In this document: in pieces, positions 10,613-23,969 of the stretch | How positions within the stretch are numbered: the first letter of the stretch is position 1 | Layout of the letters: each line of letters begins with the position of its first letter | NCBI GenBank assembly: GCA_037379345.1 | Contig: CM074524.1 | Location: forward strand, 14,318,750 to 14,382,749 | DNA length: 64,000 nt | DNA from: Perna viridis | Lineage: Eukaryota | Reading direction: 5' to 3' | Program-made: the position numbers and the translations under genes | Notes under the pieces: model-generated | Seen by the model: only the letters and a program-made list of their open reading frames with translations | Database searches by the model: none | What the model was told of the DNA's origin: nothing

Positions 10613-13600
10613 AATATTATATAGATTTTCCCATTATTCATTGCTATTTTCAATATAAATTTTAAATTTTGTGATTCGGTTGATCACTGCTATCTGTACA
10701 ATAGTACATTTGAAGAAAAAAAAAAACTTTAAATTTTAAAATTTATTTTTTAAAAAAATACGCTGGCAATAATATTTTTTTTAAAGAATCATTCTACATA
10801 GCTGTAATAACAAATAGAACCAATATGTCGAATTACCCTTGATTTATGAGACGTAAAAATTTGCGGAATGTAGTGAAAGGAAAAAAAAGAAAACTAAAAC
10901 ATTAAAACTAAAAACAACTACTCTGCAAACATAACGAAATGACCAAATACTGTTACAGAGATTTTAGTAATTCGATGAGGAAAAAAAACGGATGTGGAAT
11001 GTGTAAAATGTCTAGAAAAAAGTATTCAGTGTTCTGGGCTAAACATTAAATCTGGAATATAAATGAATATAAAAAATATAAAAATAATATATAAAAAATA
11101 ATCTGGAATGGATGAGTTGTATTGTCATAGAGCATATTGGACTTTAAATATGAGACCAGAATTAGAACAAAGACCATGATTTTCCTCTGATCCAGGGACA
11201 AAGGCAAGATCAGATAAAATTATGAAAAAAATACAAATGATCTGAAATATACACACAGAAACTAAACATGAATAATTGCAACAGGTGGGTCGATTGGCTA
11301 TACGCGTCACCGTCCCTCGTACCAAGTGAATCAACAAAAATCAATGACTGATAAATGCGTACTGACCCTTCTACTTATACTCCTGGACTCACCTTGACAC
11401 CGGTTAGTCCCACTGGTACTGGACTTCAGAAATTTCAATATATTACACTACATGTAAAAAGTGCGGGATAATGCCAAACATATTTCAGAAGTAAATGAGA
11501 AGCTGTTGCATCTAATTTTATCCACAAACGTGAGGACCTATTGCTCTTAGTGTACTAATCGGACTGGAACAAAGTGAAAAGTCTATTTCATTCATATGTA
11601 CTTCTTAGTAGGTACAAACCTTCTGTGAAATGACAAATTCTTTCTGGAATTTGAAGAAACATCCTACAAATGGCTAAATGTTCCATTCGTACTGCAGGTC
11701 TTTGCACAGTGGTATTGTTTGATTTATTGTATAAAATTGACTTGCCATGAGAGATTATTTCATCCCTTCAGTTACACAATATAAAAATTGAGCAAACCAT
11801 TCTACGCTTAATCAAAAGAAAAATGGTGTACCTAGTATAAGAATGGTGTGTTATTGCATGTATCACTTCCTCGTACATATAAAAAGGAATAGATTGCCCA
11901 TATTTTTTTTCTGAAATACTTCGTTCACTGTAGTAAAAAAGTCATCAATTAAGAAAAATTATAAAGCAATGATTCTCACATCTATGCAATATATTTTTGT
12001 TGCTGGATTTAGAGTTGATTGTCATTAATTGAAAATTCGTCCTTGTCTATATAACATGCAAGCGTAGGGTACTGATACCATTTAAAATTGTTATGTCCCG
12101 CTTTGCAGGAGACACAAAGTGTGCGTCTACCCATGACTTAGTTATTTCGTCGTTAGAAGTGCTCACGCCGTGTGACGTTTTTAGTCCCTTTATAGCAGAG
12201 CCTATCCGCTAAAGGGGTTATATGTGGCAGTTGCAGTTATAGGTTTGGAGAGGTGATTAAATCTACATATGATTAATGTTTCTCCTGGCAAGGTATGTAT
12301 TGATGTAATTTCTTTAATTAGTACAATGGGCAAATACTACCGTGAAATTTGCTTCTCATAAACATAAAAAGTTTTTCTTAGGTCATCTAGTACAAAACTA
12401 AGATCATGATCTTCGTCCTTCAGAAAAGGCAGATTAATGCGACACATGTGTGATTGTCTACGATGTGCTGTAGCTGTTTATGTTAGATCATCGTGTACAC
12501 TGCCAAGTTCAAACTTTAATGTGCCCGGTTTGTAACTAGGAAGTACAAAGTGGTCTTTGTCCCCGTCCGCTCATAATTTTCGTCACAAAATCTTTGCAAC
12601 AAACTATCAAAGTCATTTTGAAAGAAGATTTATACGGGCATTCTGTATCGTTGGATTCGATTTCGTACTGAAGCGACATTAACTTCTTTTTGTTTTGGAC
12701 GATTTTGTAAATAATTTGGCCATATGGAGTCGAAAACGTGGTATCTGTTTGGAAGCTTAGTTTCTTCAGTTTTTTTGTTCTAGTTCTAGTGAATAAACCC
12801 AGTCAAAATAAAACTGAAAAAAACAAAGTATGTCTACTTAAACGCCAATTTTGTTTTACTTAGTCATGTAACACAAAAATAGGTTGTCTTATGACATCAA
12901 CGCAAATAGTGTAGCGTTGACTAGGATTCAATATGTCTAATACAAAGTTTTGTGCGTTGAGTGGACACATTATATCTGCCTCAACGCAAAAAGTGTTCAC
13001 GTAGATATTTGTTGTCTAACTTAATACAAAAAATTGTTAACATCGACATTTTTGACTATCTCATATCTCTATATGAACATTTGTTTCGGTTTTAATTAAC
13101 AAAAATGACTAATGTAACATTTTGTACCTTGGTGGTAGACAAGATGTAATTCTCAAAGATAATGTGTTGGTTGAGACATTTTGTGTTTGTATTGCCAAAA
13201 AAATGACTGTGGATGGCTATGCCAGTCATTAGTTTGTCTAGAATTGTTAACGATTAATAAGGTATTTTGTTATCATGGTACTGATAACTGATTACTCTTT
13301 CAAACACGTGTACAGCATTACAAAATTAACACAAATAGTCAACCCGTGGTAAAACATTAACAAACTTGAGTTTCCGTTATTTATTTCGATTCTAATAGAA
13401 CAATTAGGGTATTTTTTTAACATTTTCGTGGCCTATTACGGTACCCATATTTGTTCGTATTTGGCTGTACACTTTAAGCTATGTCAGTTGAAATGGTCCC
13501 TCGTGAAACTTAGTGCTTTGTATTATTTATAATGAAGGGAAGGCCGAAAAAACAATATTAGATATGGCAATAGTTGTTTGCATTGTAAGGTCACAGTTGT

Positions 13601-14380
13601 CACACATGAATGTGACGAGTGCTACCGTGTACGTGTGTAAAATGATTTTCACGGAACACGATATAACTTTTCTAAAACATAACGTTTAATATTTGAATTT
13701 CTTTTCGTATATGAAATTCCGTTAATAGTTCAACCTAATATGCAAATTAAGTTCTTTACCTATTCGAGTAGCCCTTTCCGCTTTGATGATTTTGCTTGTA
13801 GTATTTAAACAAATCGTGAAAGTTTTTTCATTTATGCGACGTTCGTTACGAGATAAGGTTTTATAGGTGTATACATCCCCACCCTTCAGCTCCCCACCCT
13901 ACACCCTGAGTCGGTCCAACCAATCCTAGTTTGCTTGTATTGTTGTACATAGGATGTTTTCATATCTAATCACATTTAATCAGCGTTCAGTGCAGTCCAA
14001 ATTTACATGAGCCCTTTATTCGCTATGAACGACGGTTTTTTGTGTTATCTATGTGTGCATTATTATAAGAAAACTCGGCAGATTTTTAGGTCCAGGCAGT
14101 TAACGTTTCGTTCTTCTTTATTCAAGTTCTTAATTTTAATCTTACAAGTGCATCAATCATTGTAAATTGTTGAATAAATAGCGATCTTGTAACGAACGCA
14201 CAACCCTACACTGTCTTGTTTTTTACATTCATAGTAGCCAAGAAAAGATTTATTTTCTGACGAATGCAATGAGGGAGAAAATAATTTCATAAAATATGAA
14301 TTTAATATTCACTCTACTGAAATGAATGAAAACATCTGATACACATCGGAATGTTACGTGTGTTTCTTTACATGATTTAA

Positions 14381-14746
14381 GGTGGGAGGTAATAAACACA
14401 CACTCAAGCTACGCCCAATACAGTCTCTTGCTGCTCATATAGCAATCGAAAATCAACCAAAGTTGTCGTCCCAAAGCCCTTTAAGGACTTATTACAATTT
14501 GCGATATATTACATACATAAGAGCACTACGAAATGAAAACCCTGAAATATTACTTTTTGTGTACCATAACAATGTCAGTTTATATCTAATGCCAAGTAGA
14601 CTGCTTTTAAAAGACGCAGAAAAACTCAAAAGGACACCATCGAGAATAATAGAATTCTTTATAGCAAGGATTATCTTTTCCGTACATTGTACATGCATAT
14701 TTGTAGCTAGATTTAAAGCTGATTTTTTCTTATATAACACGCAACC
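14381..14746. mobile_element. Possible TTAA-flanked non-autonomous DNA element (Kolobok/Crypton-like termini); copies at 33987-34352 and 54393-54758
   Basis: TTAA|GGTGG ... CAACC|TTAA. The terminal inverted match is very short. Confidence 0.35.
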
Positions 14747-17339
14747 TTAAGGTACCGATACCAGTGATACTCATTTTAGCCGATAGATATGAATATTTAG
14801 TGTAAATTTGTGTAATGCAATTTATATCTTTTCTTTTGAAGAAATACATTTCATATTTTCTGTAAGTCATGATTTTGTCAAATATACGACAATGTCATGC
14901 ACAGAAGCATGTCCCTATTTTCACACTGTTTGTAGTACACTTGGCAAATATTATTTCATTTCTCATCTTACGTCAAAAGCAGCTTTGAAATATTTTTAGA
15001 CGCTAAATGCGTATATAAAATGTTACTATATGGAGTTGACCAATTGTTTTTTTTCTTACGCATGAAAAAGTATATCTGCATTTTATATTTATGTTACGAT
15101 TTTTCAAATATACGACCATGTCTAATAAATGTGTCCCTTCTATCACTATATCGACAAAAAATTAAACTAAATTAATTTCTATCAAAATTCGTGGAATAGA
15201 AATTTGTAGGGACGATCATACGTTTTTAATCCTGATTAATCTGAATTCAATTTGACATCAGTTTCCCTAGCATGACAATAGACAAATTTGAAAAGGCCAA
15301 AAATGACAAATAAAAATAAAAATTGTGAGTTTGTCTCTATATTTCTCGTTCTAGGGAAACTAAATACAAATATGGCAACAACGTATATACCTGGTCTCTT
15401 GTTCATGAATCATTTGGGATTACAGATTCGCCTTTTAATTAAGAATATTATTTCACAATGCATTCTTCTTTACAAAGACCAATTAAAAATCAGGAAACAA
15501 CATTAGATATCACATAATTGGTCTCGAAATTAGACCTGACATCATATTAAAAACACCTTAAAAAGGGTAATGATTAGCCTTTTCCCCCTATTGTGACCGT
15601 AAATGAATCAACATGTATTAGGTATTGCTTACACTATTCGGTGAGGGACCCATTAATACTAATTAAGCATTTTAACGTCAGCTGAATAGATGTAATTTTA
15701 TCTAAGATTAGGGCGTTGTTAAATGTAAATAATATATCCGTGCATAATGGCTTAAAAATGAAAGTTCATTCAAAATCCTCGACAAGAAAATCGACGGTCA
15801 TTGTTCACCATGAACAGACACTGGTCAGGTTTTTTTCATCACAATAATTGAATAATTGCCGGAAGACAATAATGTTGAAGGACATGTTACAGATTTTTGT
15901 TACCCACGAATGATAATTGACAGACCTTGTTAACAATATGCATATATCTAGCGGAACTTTCTTAACTTTGACAGATGAATTCAGACGTGAATAACCCTAA
16001 ACATGTTACCTATATATATATATATTGCTTTTTTCATATAGATACGAAAATGTAGTAATTGGACAACCGATAAACAGAATAGTTACTTCCGATGTTGATA
16101 CTGACAATGTCATGTGGAATATCATTGTCATTACCAAAATTGAAAGTAACTATTAATCAATATATCTGTGCATTGTATATCAAAACAAACATTGATTGGA
16201 AATGTATGTTACATTGTAATTGTCAATTAACAGTAGTAGGTAATTTCATTTGTGTAACTGCATTAGTTTTCTTTGAAAAAGGTCAAATTAACGATTTTGA
16301 AATGCTTTTTTTTTTAAATGTTTCTTTTTAAGCAAAATAAATCATATATCCATTTGTTTCAATTTTGAAAAGTTTTGTATACCAAAACACCAATTGATTC
16401 ATTGTCAAGTTAAATGTAGCTTGTAGTATCCAGACATCTGAACTTTTTAATGCAAGTCAACAAATATATACATTTTTTTTTAATTTCTGAACAAATTAAA
16501 TTCGACAATAACTTAAATATAGATTTCTCTTTGAATTTTCGCAATTATCACAATACAAAGTCACTAACAACAACTAGAAATAATTATTAAACCAAAGTTT
16601 ACATGACTACACACGGGTCAGTTGCACCGTACTGTTTGGATGGTCTAAACATCCTTTTAATGGAAAACACCACACTGGATGGACGTATCATTCCAACCAA
16701 ACACGGAGGATAAGTGAAAAATTCAAGAAAGTATGAATGTAAACCAGAGAACTTGCAATCAATAAAAACAACCAGCACCTGCACTTAAACATATGATATA
16801 CCAGTCCCCCCTTTTTGTGTTAAATGTAAAACAATGGTGATGTTAATCCAGAAGACATTTCTTTCATGACAATATTCACATATTTCATGACTTAGGTATA
16901 TATTAAATTTTCAAAAAGTCTGGCGTACAAAAAAAAATAAATAATTGGTATCTGTGTATGAGAATGATTAAGAGAAAGCTGTTGGTGGTACATTTTAAAT
17001 GGATGGAAATTGACATATAGAATAACCGTACACGAATCGTCCAGACACTGTACAAGTAAATAAAAGAAAATAAAATATCTCAGATCTTTGAGCTAAAGTT
17101 TGCAATAATATATTACAAACATAGCAAACAAAACATCAATAAATGCTAAAAACAAAATAAAACAAAAAACCCGGGCATTCAGGTCAGATAATAGTTTATA
17201 TATGACCAATAAAATCGTCAATGTATCTTCCTGTAACTGTCTGTTTTAGGTCGGGGTGAATCTAAATAATTGATGTTCATATCAAATTCTCCCTGACCAC
17301 AGTCGAAAATCCCTTATTTGTGTGATGAAAATGAAAATG

Positions 17340-17820
17340 TAATTAATCAGTTCATAATATATTCACATAAACCCATGGCATGACCTGCAATTGAATGCTG
17401 AAGATGATATGATTGGTCAATTCATAATGTACCCATATTAACCCCTGACATGACCTGTAATGGAACATTGTAGATGATGATATAATTAATTAGTTTATAA
17501 TGCACTCACATTAACCCCTGGCATGACCTCCAATGGATTGGATTCTTGGTCAACTATAAAGTATTTAAAAATAAATCCTTGACATGACCTCCAATGGAAT
17601 GTTATTGGGAATAGTATTATTGGTCAGCTATAATGTATTCGCATTAACCCCTGACATGACCTCTAACGGAATGTTGTTGGAAATGGTATTATTGGTCAGC
17701 TATAATGTATTCACATTAAACTCTGACATTATTTAAAATTGAATGTTGTTCACAATGATATAATTGGTCCATTCATGATGTATTCTGACAAACCACTGGC
17801 ATGATCTCTAATTGATAGTT
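17340..17820. repeat. Degenerate minisatellite, ~7 units of ~72-73 bp; copies at ~36948-37425 and ~57338-57815
   Basis: The core CAT(GACC) recurs at 17379, 17449, 17522, 17583, 17655, 17727 and 17800, within ATAATGTATTCACATTAACCCCTGACATGACCT-like units. Confidence 0.85.
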
Positions 17821-19386
17821 GTTAAATTTTCAGCAAATTGACATTAAATTGAGATTGACATTAAGTAGCTGTCTTTGTAAGAATCATGCAAAATATGACA
17901 AATGTGATACATCCCCAAAAAGGCTACATATTTTTATTATATTTGTATTTAAGTTGTTTCATGGGTCTATACTATGAAATGTGTAATTATTCATTCAAAT
18001 CTGCCTGCTCTTAGGAGATAATCAACATTGAAAATTCAGTAGATTCAATTGTATTTGAGCGTCATTTACAGAGTTATCTCCCTTAATTTTTAAATCTACA
18101 GTGTATTCTATATAATGTTTATCTCTAAAGAGCACGGGTTATATGAAAAACCACATGTTAATTTCTGTTTACTATGACATTTCAAACAAAATAGAAAAAA
18201 TAAAAAATATGCAGGCTTTTTACCCATGAATCACATTTTGCATGATTCTTAGCTGGAGTGCTATTTAAAGATAAAGCAGCATTGTAGATTTAATTTCAAT
18301 TTAACTGTTATGCAAAATAATATTCAGTAAAGTGAAACCGCCAAACAGTTAAAAATACATATTGTAATCTTTGACTATATTAAAGGTCAATGAAAAAGTC
18401 ATGCCATATCAAAATATTCACATTCTAGCTTCGTGAGATAGGGAGAGAGCATTAACAATAAATTGTTTAATTAAAAAAAATAATTTACAAAATAAAAATA
18501 CATGTACATTACACAAACTTTGAGATTTAAAATTTATTTTCAAAAGGGAGGTAAAAAAGCCTGTTGTAATGTTAAATTCATAAGTTACAAATATTTATAG
18601 TTTTTTTTAATGATATAATGTAAGTTGAGAAATTACTGCTTGCATTTTAATTGAGATATAATTATTTTAGAACAAAATAAATATGGAATTCCAATTTTGC
18701 ATTATTGAAAAAAAAATCAATTCATTCTGAAATTATTGCACAAATTTACACATTGATTTAGTAACTTCAGATCAAAATCGATAAAAATACCGATCTTGGT
18801 CCAGTGATGTGTACCAAATCTTATGCACAGATATGCCAATTAAGTGAGATATTAAAGACACTTTCTCATTTAAAACTGTTTTGTTTCAATATAACTTATA
18901 ACAATGATTCTTATGAACATGACACAAGTAGTTATACAGTGTTACTCGCATAGCCTATTTGACAGAAGAAATTAAGCCATTTATAGGAATGTAGAATTAA
19001 CAGAAATTACCATTTTAATGAAAAGTACCTAATGTTTTCATAGTTTAAGTCGGTATGCTCTTCTTTTATGTCTCCTGCCTTTAATGTACAGTTAAGAGAA
19101 AGATAACACGTTTTAAAAAAAAATTCTAAAGACAACTGAGGGATTTCACTAACAATGCAACGTTTTTATACCCATTTAAGTATATTTTTGAGTAAATTCG
19201 GACAAATGTTTATGTAATTATGGGGAATGTCCCAATTTTTGAACTTACATCATGCAAATAAAAGGAATTATTTTTTATGGATAGGAGAGAAGGTTCTTTT
19301 GTATTTTTTGGATTTACAGGAAATGCAATTAACAGGTATATGAACGAGTAGAATACACTGTATCTACAAATAATGCATGTAATATA

Positions 19387-19871
19387 CAGTGAAATCTAAC
19401 CAAACCCAATCCAGAATAAACAGAAAACCTTAAATAAGGTTAACAAAAAATACCGAACACTTATCCATTTTTTAATCATGTCAAGTCCAATATAAATCTG
19501 GCAAATTATGTATTACACCATCGGAGCAGCTGGTACTGCGATAGCCGTGACATGGTACAGGCATTCAAACGAAATGGTGGATTAAATCTTCCATTGCGGC
19601 GTGAATAAACCAGTGGTGATTAAATAGCATTTGCATGCTACTGCATCATAATTAGTAACTCAGCGGTCACATGAACACAAAAAAAAGAAAAGAAAAAAAA
19701 AGAAAAAAAAATCTTTACCCATTAATTCAGTTGAAATCGGGTAAACCTGACACTTTTGGAAGTCCCAATGTGTCCGTCCAAATATATTTTGAACCTGTAT
19801 GAACTGAACACCTGCCTAAACCAACAGAATTGTACAGTGCAAAAATGATTAGGTTTAGACAGGTTTCACTG
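19387..19871. mobile_element. Tc1/mariner(pogo)-type MITE with a nested A-tailed insert, unit 1
   Basis: TA|CAGTGAAATCTAACCAAACC ... GGTTTAGACAGGTTTCACTG|TA. Confidence 0.75.
19500..19708 (+). mobile_element. Short poly(A)-tailed retroposon insert inside the MITE
   Basis: A-rich tail at 19678-19711; candidate TSD AAATCT at 19494-19499 and 19709-19714. Confidence 0.45.
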
Positions 19872-20456
19872 TACATACATAAAGCAATTTATTGCTCTTT
19901 GATAATATGCTTGAACGTAATTTTTTTATGAACACGTTTAAACGCATTAAAATAAATAAAGTAGATAGATATAAACACTGCAATATGATTACAAACAAAA
20001 GAGATTCATTGTAACTTTATAATATCAGAATTTGGAATTCTTCACAAATTTAACAGTGGAAGAATTAATCACTGTAATAATCAAAACAATTTTAACCTCT
20101 GACCTTAAAAGCACTAAGAGCTGGATACCCGTCTGACAGGAAGTTTGCCTGTAATACCGAGTCAGGATCTTTACTAGTTTTGTATCTTTAATGAAAACAA
20201 ATGTTTATTTGTTTATAGCTCACATCCTAAAGTTTTGTAAAATTATAATTGTAAAATTGTAAAAGGCATGATCATTTAAATATCAATATATTCAACTTGC
20301 AGGTCATCATCAATGTGAAAAATTCCACTGGTTAAACGATGTTTAACCTTTTTTTACATTTTCTTTTCACGTCTTCTACACGAAAACATTGGATTTCTGA
20401 CACTTCATTGGGACTAGTGCAAAAATATCGGTGCGTCTATAGGATACGAGTGTATA

Positions 20457-20588
20457 TAATCCAAGGACGAGGCACAAAAAACGATTCCTTCGCAGATATT
20501 CCTTTTTACAAAGTATAAACAAGCTCTACATATGAAAGAGCAACGTACAACAGCTGGCAACAATAACTACCAATAGGTTTCCTTTCAT
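20457..20588 (-). pseudogene. 5' fragment of an older GPCR paralog (TM1 to start of TM2), unit 1
   Basis: Translates MKGNLLVVIVASCCTLLFHM*SLFILCKKEYLRRNRFLCLVLGL. The upstream flank 20589-~20975 is homologous to 8769-~9150. Confidence 0.9.
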
Positions 20589-21849
20589 TGTTAATTCTAA
20601 TATTCAAAATTGTAATTAAGATTTACTTCTTCAAAATGATCAGCACTAAGATAATATGAACGAACAGTTCATGACAAATATTTAAATCATTTATCATTAA
20701 TACAGGAAAGATTCTATATCTATATAAGAAACAATGTTAAATTCTGGATCTGATTGACCACAACAATACGACCTTTTTCAAAGCAGATTACTTTGTCGAC
20801 ATATGATTTTTAATGTTCTGATAAAAAGGCAACGGTGCCATAGAATTAAAAAAAATATTCCCATGCTTATATTTTTTTGCCTTCCCCAAATTTGATTCAC
20901 CACCAAAAATATCAATGGTTTAAAGACTGCTGACTACCGGTAAATATAAATACACCGAAAAGCACAAACAATATCAAATTAGAGGTATCATGCTGGATGA
21001 AAACAGACGGTTGGAACAAACCTGGAAGACTAGATCAAATATGATCGAAACATTTGGGAGCTTAGTATCTTTTGTTTTTTTAGTTCTAGTTTCTGTCTTA
21101 CTTGATTAACTATTTAAACCTTTTGATAATACAAAAAACTTTTTAGCGCTTTCTCATCACTGACTTAAACGTATTTATCATGAATGACAAGAAGTTTTTT
21201 TCCAGTTTTCTTATAATATTTGAAAATGACTAAGCTTTTAACTTAGTTAAAATAACATAAAATCAAACGTGTACTTCTCTATTTCATTCACTCTATTTTA
21301 ACTCTGACAGTGATTCAAACCCTGATCTACTGTTAAAACGGGTCTAACTGCCATAATACTATCAAGGTTCATTGAAGTATGTCTTAGAAAATGCATGTTC
21401 TGAATCTGAAAAATTTGTTAAACATGACTTTTTCAATTTATATACATGTACCATTTACTTTTTAATCAGCATTTGCTTTGTGATCTCTGATATATTAAAT
21501 AAAGCAATAAAATAAATATGAAAAGCTCTCTGAAATCAGTTATTGTAAGTTTGTAAATATATTAAGAGAATAGATAATTAAACTTTGCAAATTCAGAATA
21601 AGAAAAATCTTAATGTAATAATTATTGTTTCTTAAGTCCCCAAAGTAACCATATTTAAAGTAAAAGTTAGACTCAGAGTGGTATTTTAATGAGTAATCGA
21701 ATAAACGTAAAAGTCCGGTCATTAATTCATTTCTCGAAGGGTGAGCCGGCAAATGTAAGTTTACATTGGACAAACTGACACCCCATTATTTGTTTTCAAA
21801 ACTCGGAAAATATTCATCCCATTTTTCAATTACTAAAAGATGTGACCCC

Positions 21850-23410
21850 TATAATATACATGACATTGGAAGGGTTTTTACTGAGTTTCAATGCACTATA
21901 AAAAGAAATAATTTTTTTCTGTCAGAACTATACTTGAGTGTCAGTATCCGTGTCATAGTGAATTTATGTATAATTTCAATGGTATGCAATGTCAAAAATT
22001 TATTTTAGTGCAAATCTGTTCAAATTTGGAGAAATTATAGCCAATGTTTTATGCATAAAATATTTATAATTCACTCATTTACAGTACAAAAAATGATTGA
22101 GCATTTCACATCAGCTTCTGAAAAATGTCATAAAGTGCATAAATTTATCTTATTATTCTACTGCCTGATCAGAATATAGTGTTTAACATTAGTGATTGAT
22201 TGATTATTGGGGTTTAACGCCCGAACAGAAATATTTTAGTTATATTCAGGCGATGACCGTGAAATGGATGATAAAATGAACATGAAATGATGATGATGAT
22301 GATGATGATAAAATGAAAAAAAAGGATGGGACACAAGGATAATAGGGTCGACAAATTTTGGTTGCCACACTAGAAAACGGGAGGGATGGGTAGGGTCGGG
22401 AAATTTAGCCTCTTGTGGCGGGACCCAAAGGTTCCTACTTCTATTGAATGCCACAGTGGGATTCCTTAACGTACCAGAAACGTGACATATTTCCCAACAC
22501 AGTGCACCACTATGGTTTTCGGTCAGGTTTTGCGTATTATAGTCTGACATCCCAAGCATGTAATACGCCAGGTGTACCCCTTTCCACCGCCTGGGGCACA
22601 CATTCCAGTTGCTCTATGGGGGAACACCCTAGCCTAGGTTCTGAGCACTATTTAGTCGCCTTTTACGACAAGCTAAGCGCTGCTGCAGGCCTATTCTTTT
22701 GACACCCGGACCTGCACGAGGATAGTTTTGAACAGTACATCTGACGTATATAAAATTTGTAAATTTGAAATGTCTAACATGTTAAGTATTTTTGCAAAGT
22801 TGCAAGTTTTAAAATAAGACATGTCCGTTTTACTGTCAAAATTAAATTGAAGTGTCATAGTGGATGAATGCGTATTTTCAATGGTATGTCATATCAAAAT
22901 TTGAGTTCATACGTTTTTAAACTGGGAGATAATCTAGCCAAATATTATGTGCTTACAATATTTAACATTCATTTCATTTACATAATTTAAGAGGTGAAAT
23001 AAGCATTTCACAGCAGGTCATAAAAATCTCAATTAGCATAAATTTATTTAATTTTTCTATTGCCAGAAAAAATGTGTTAATTTTGAACTTTTCTCTGACT
23101 TATTTGATACTTTGTATATATGAAATATATGACATTGAAGGCATGTCTTTAAATTTTCAAGGCATTTACAGAGAAATGGCAAAATTATACTTCAGCTGCA
23201 GTATTCAATTCATAGTGAAAACATGTATAATTCAAATGGTTTGACATATAAAATATGAGGTCAAATGTTTATATTTAAGGTCAAATAAGTCACAATTTGA
23301 AGAAAATCTAGCCAATATCATATGATTACAATAGTGATAATTCATTTCATTTACAGGACAAAGGTTGAATAGGCATTTCTCAGAAGCTGATAAAAAGTCA
23401 CAAAAATTCA
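21850..23410. repeat. Degenerate ~356-bp tandem repeat (3 units) interrupted by a SINE-like insert; repeated in units 2 and 3
   Basis: TCATAGTG...AATGGT...TAGCCAA...CATTTACA...GCATTTC recurs at ~21953, ~22855 and ~23210. Confidence 0.7.
22193..22721. mobile_element. GC-richer SINE/non-LTR-derived insert with a (TGAT)n end and an (ATG)n microsatellite; copies at 41803-42343 and 62182-62706
   Basis: TGATTGATTGATTATTGGGGTTTAACGCC at the left end; RTE-3'-like TTAGTCGCCTTTTACGACAAGC at the right end. Degenerate flanking repeat ATAGTGTTTAACATTAG / ATAGTTTTGAACAGTAC. It interrupts the 356-bp repeat. Confidence 0.6.
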
Positions 23411-23543
23411 ATTCAAAAATTTCAAAACATTCACTAATTGTTATATCGACTAATTTGGTGTTAAGCTGAATAATTTATCTATTTGAATAACACTCTCTAT
23501 ATTTTAACGACATTACATGAGAAGTATTTCTGCCAAACGTCAT

Positions 23544-23827
23544 AGAGTAATCAAGGGAAGCAAGCTTATAGTGGTAATCAAAATAATGTAATCCAGGGAC
23601 AAAGACCAGACATGGAAAACAGACATACACAACAAAGAACATAAAGTAACTAAAATCATACATACAAGGTAACAAAAGCAAATGAGCAACTCGGACTCCA
23701 CTAAAAACTGGGAGCATGGACCAGGTGCACCGGTAGGGTAAGCGTCCTTTGCTTTCTAGAAACACCTGCGGAGTTGCTCATAAAAAGTCAAGTCCGGGGT
23801 AGACAAAGAGGAAAGGAAAACTATGAC
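23544..23827 (-). mobile_element. 3'-terminal (UTR) fragment of the same Penelope-like family, unit 1
   Basis: The reverse complement aligns with 5640-5918 and 26742-27020, and ends at the same TTGATTACTCT terminus. Confidence 0.8.
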
Positions 23828-23969
23828 CCGTACAAAAGTATGATTAATCTCATGAAAGATCTTGAATGTTCATGAACAGAAGTTTTCAAGGTAAATAAGA
23901 GAGTACAGTACCAATCTTATTATTCAGCTAATCAAATGTTGTAATCGATCAGCAATTAAATAGATCATT

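Noticed and set aside
11387-11394. Perfect minus-strand splice donor AG|GTGAGT, possibly a 5' UTR exon of the GPCR
   Set aside because: A single 8-mer with no convincing YAG acceptor near the ATG; unsupported without transcripts.
12798-13210. Possible MITE with C(C/A)CAGTCA termini
   Set aside because: The terminal match is only 7/8 bp and no TSD was identified.
14382-14750. 122-aa ORF conserved in all three units, with an overlapping antisense 82-aa ORF
   Set aside because: GTG start and no recognisable motif. It coincides with a TTAA-bounded repeat, and its conservation merely reflects the recent duplication.
17340-17820. ~72-bp repeat whose minus strand reads like a 24-aa leucine-rich repeat (NTL*LTNNTISNNIPLEVMSGVNA)
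   Set aside because: Unit lengths are 70, 73, 61, 72, 72 and 73, so the frame is not kept, and stops occur in every frame examined. Treated as a non-coding minisatellite. It is also not a CRISPR array, because there are no unique spacers.
22236-22601. Poly-His ORF
   Set aside because: The His run is the (ATG)n microsatellite read on the minus strand; its length varies and the frame shifts in unit 3.
23475-23765. Hydrophobic ORFs 'MLPVFSGVRVAHLLLL...' (also 3212, 5746, 26774)
   Set aside because: These are translations of the T-rich Penelope-like 3' UTR, not membrane proteins.
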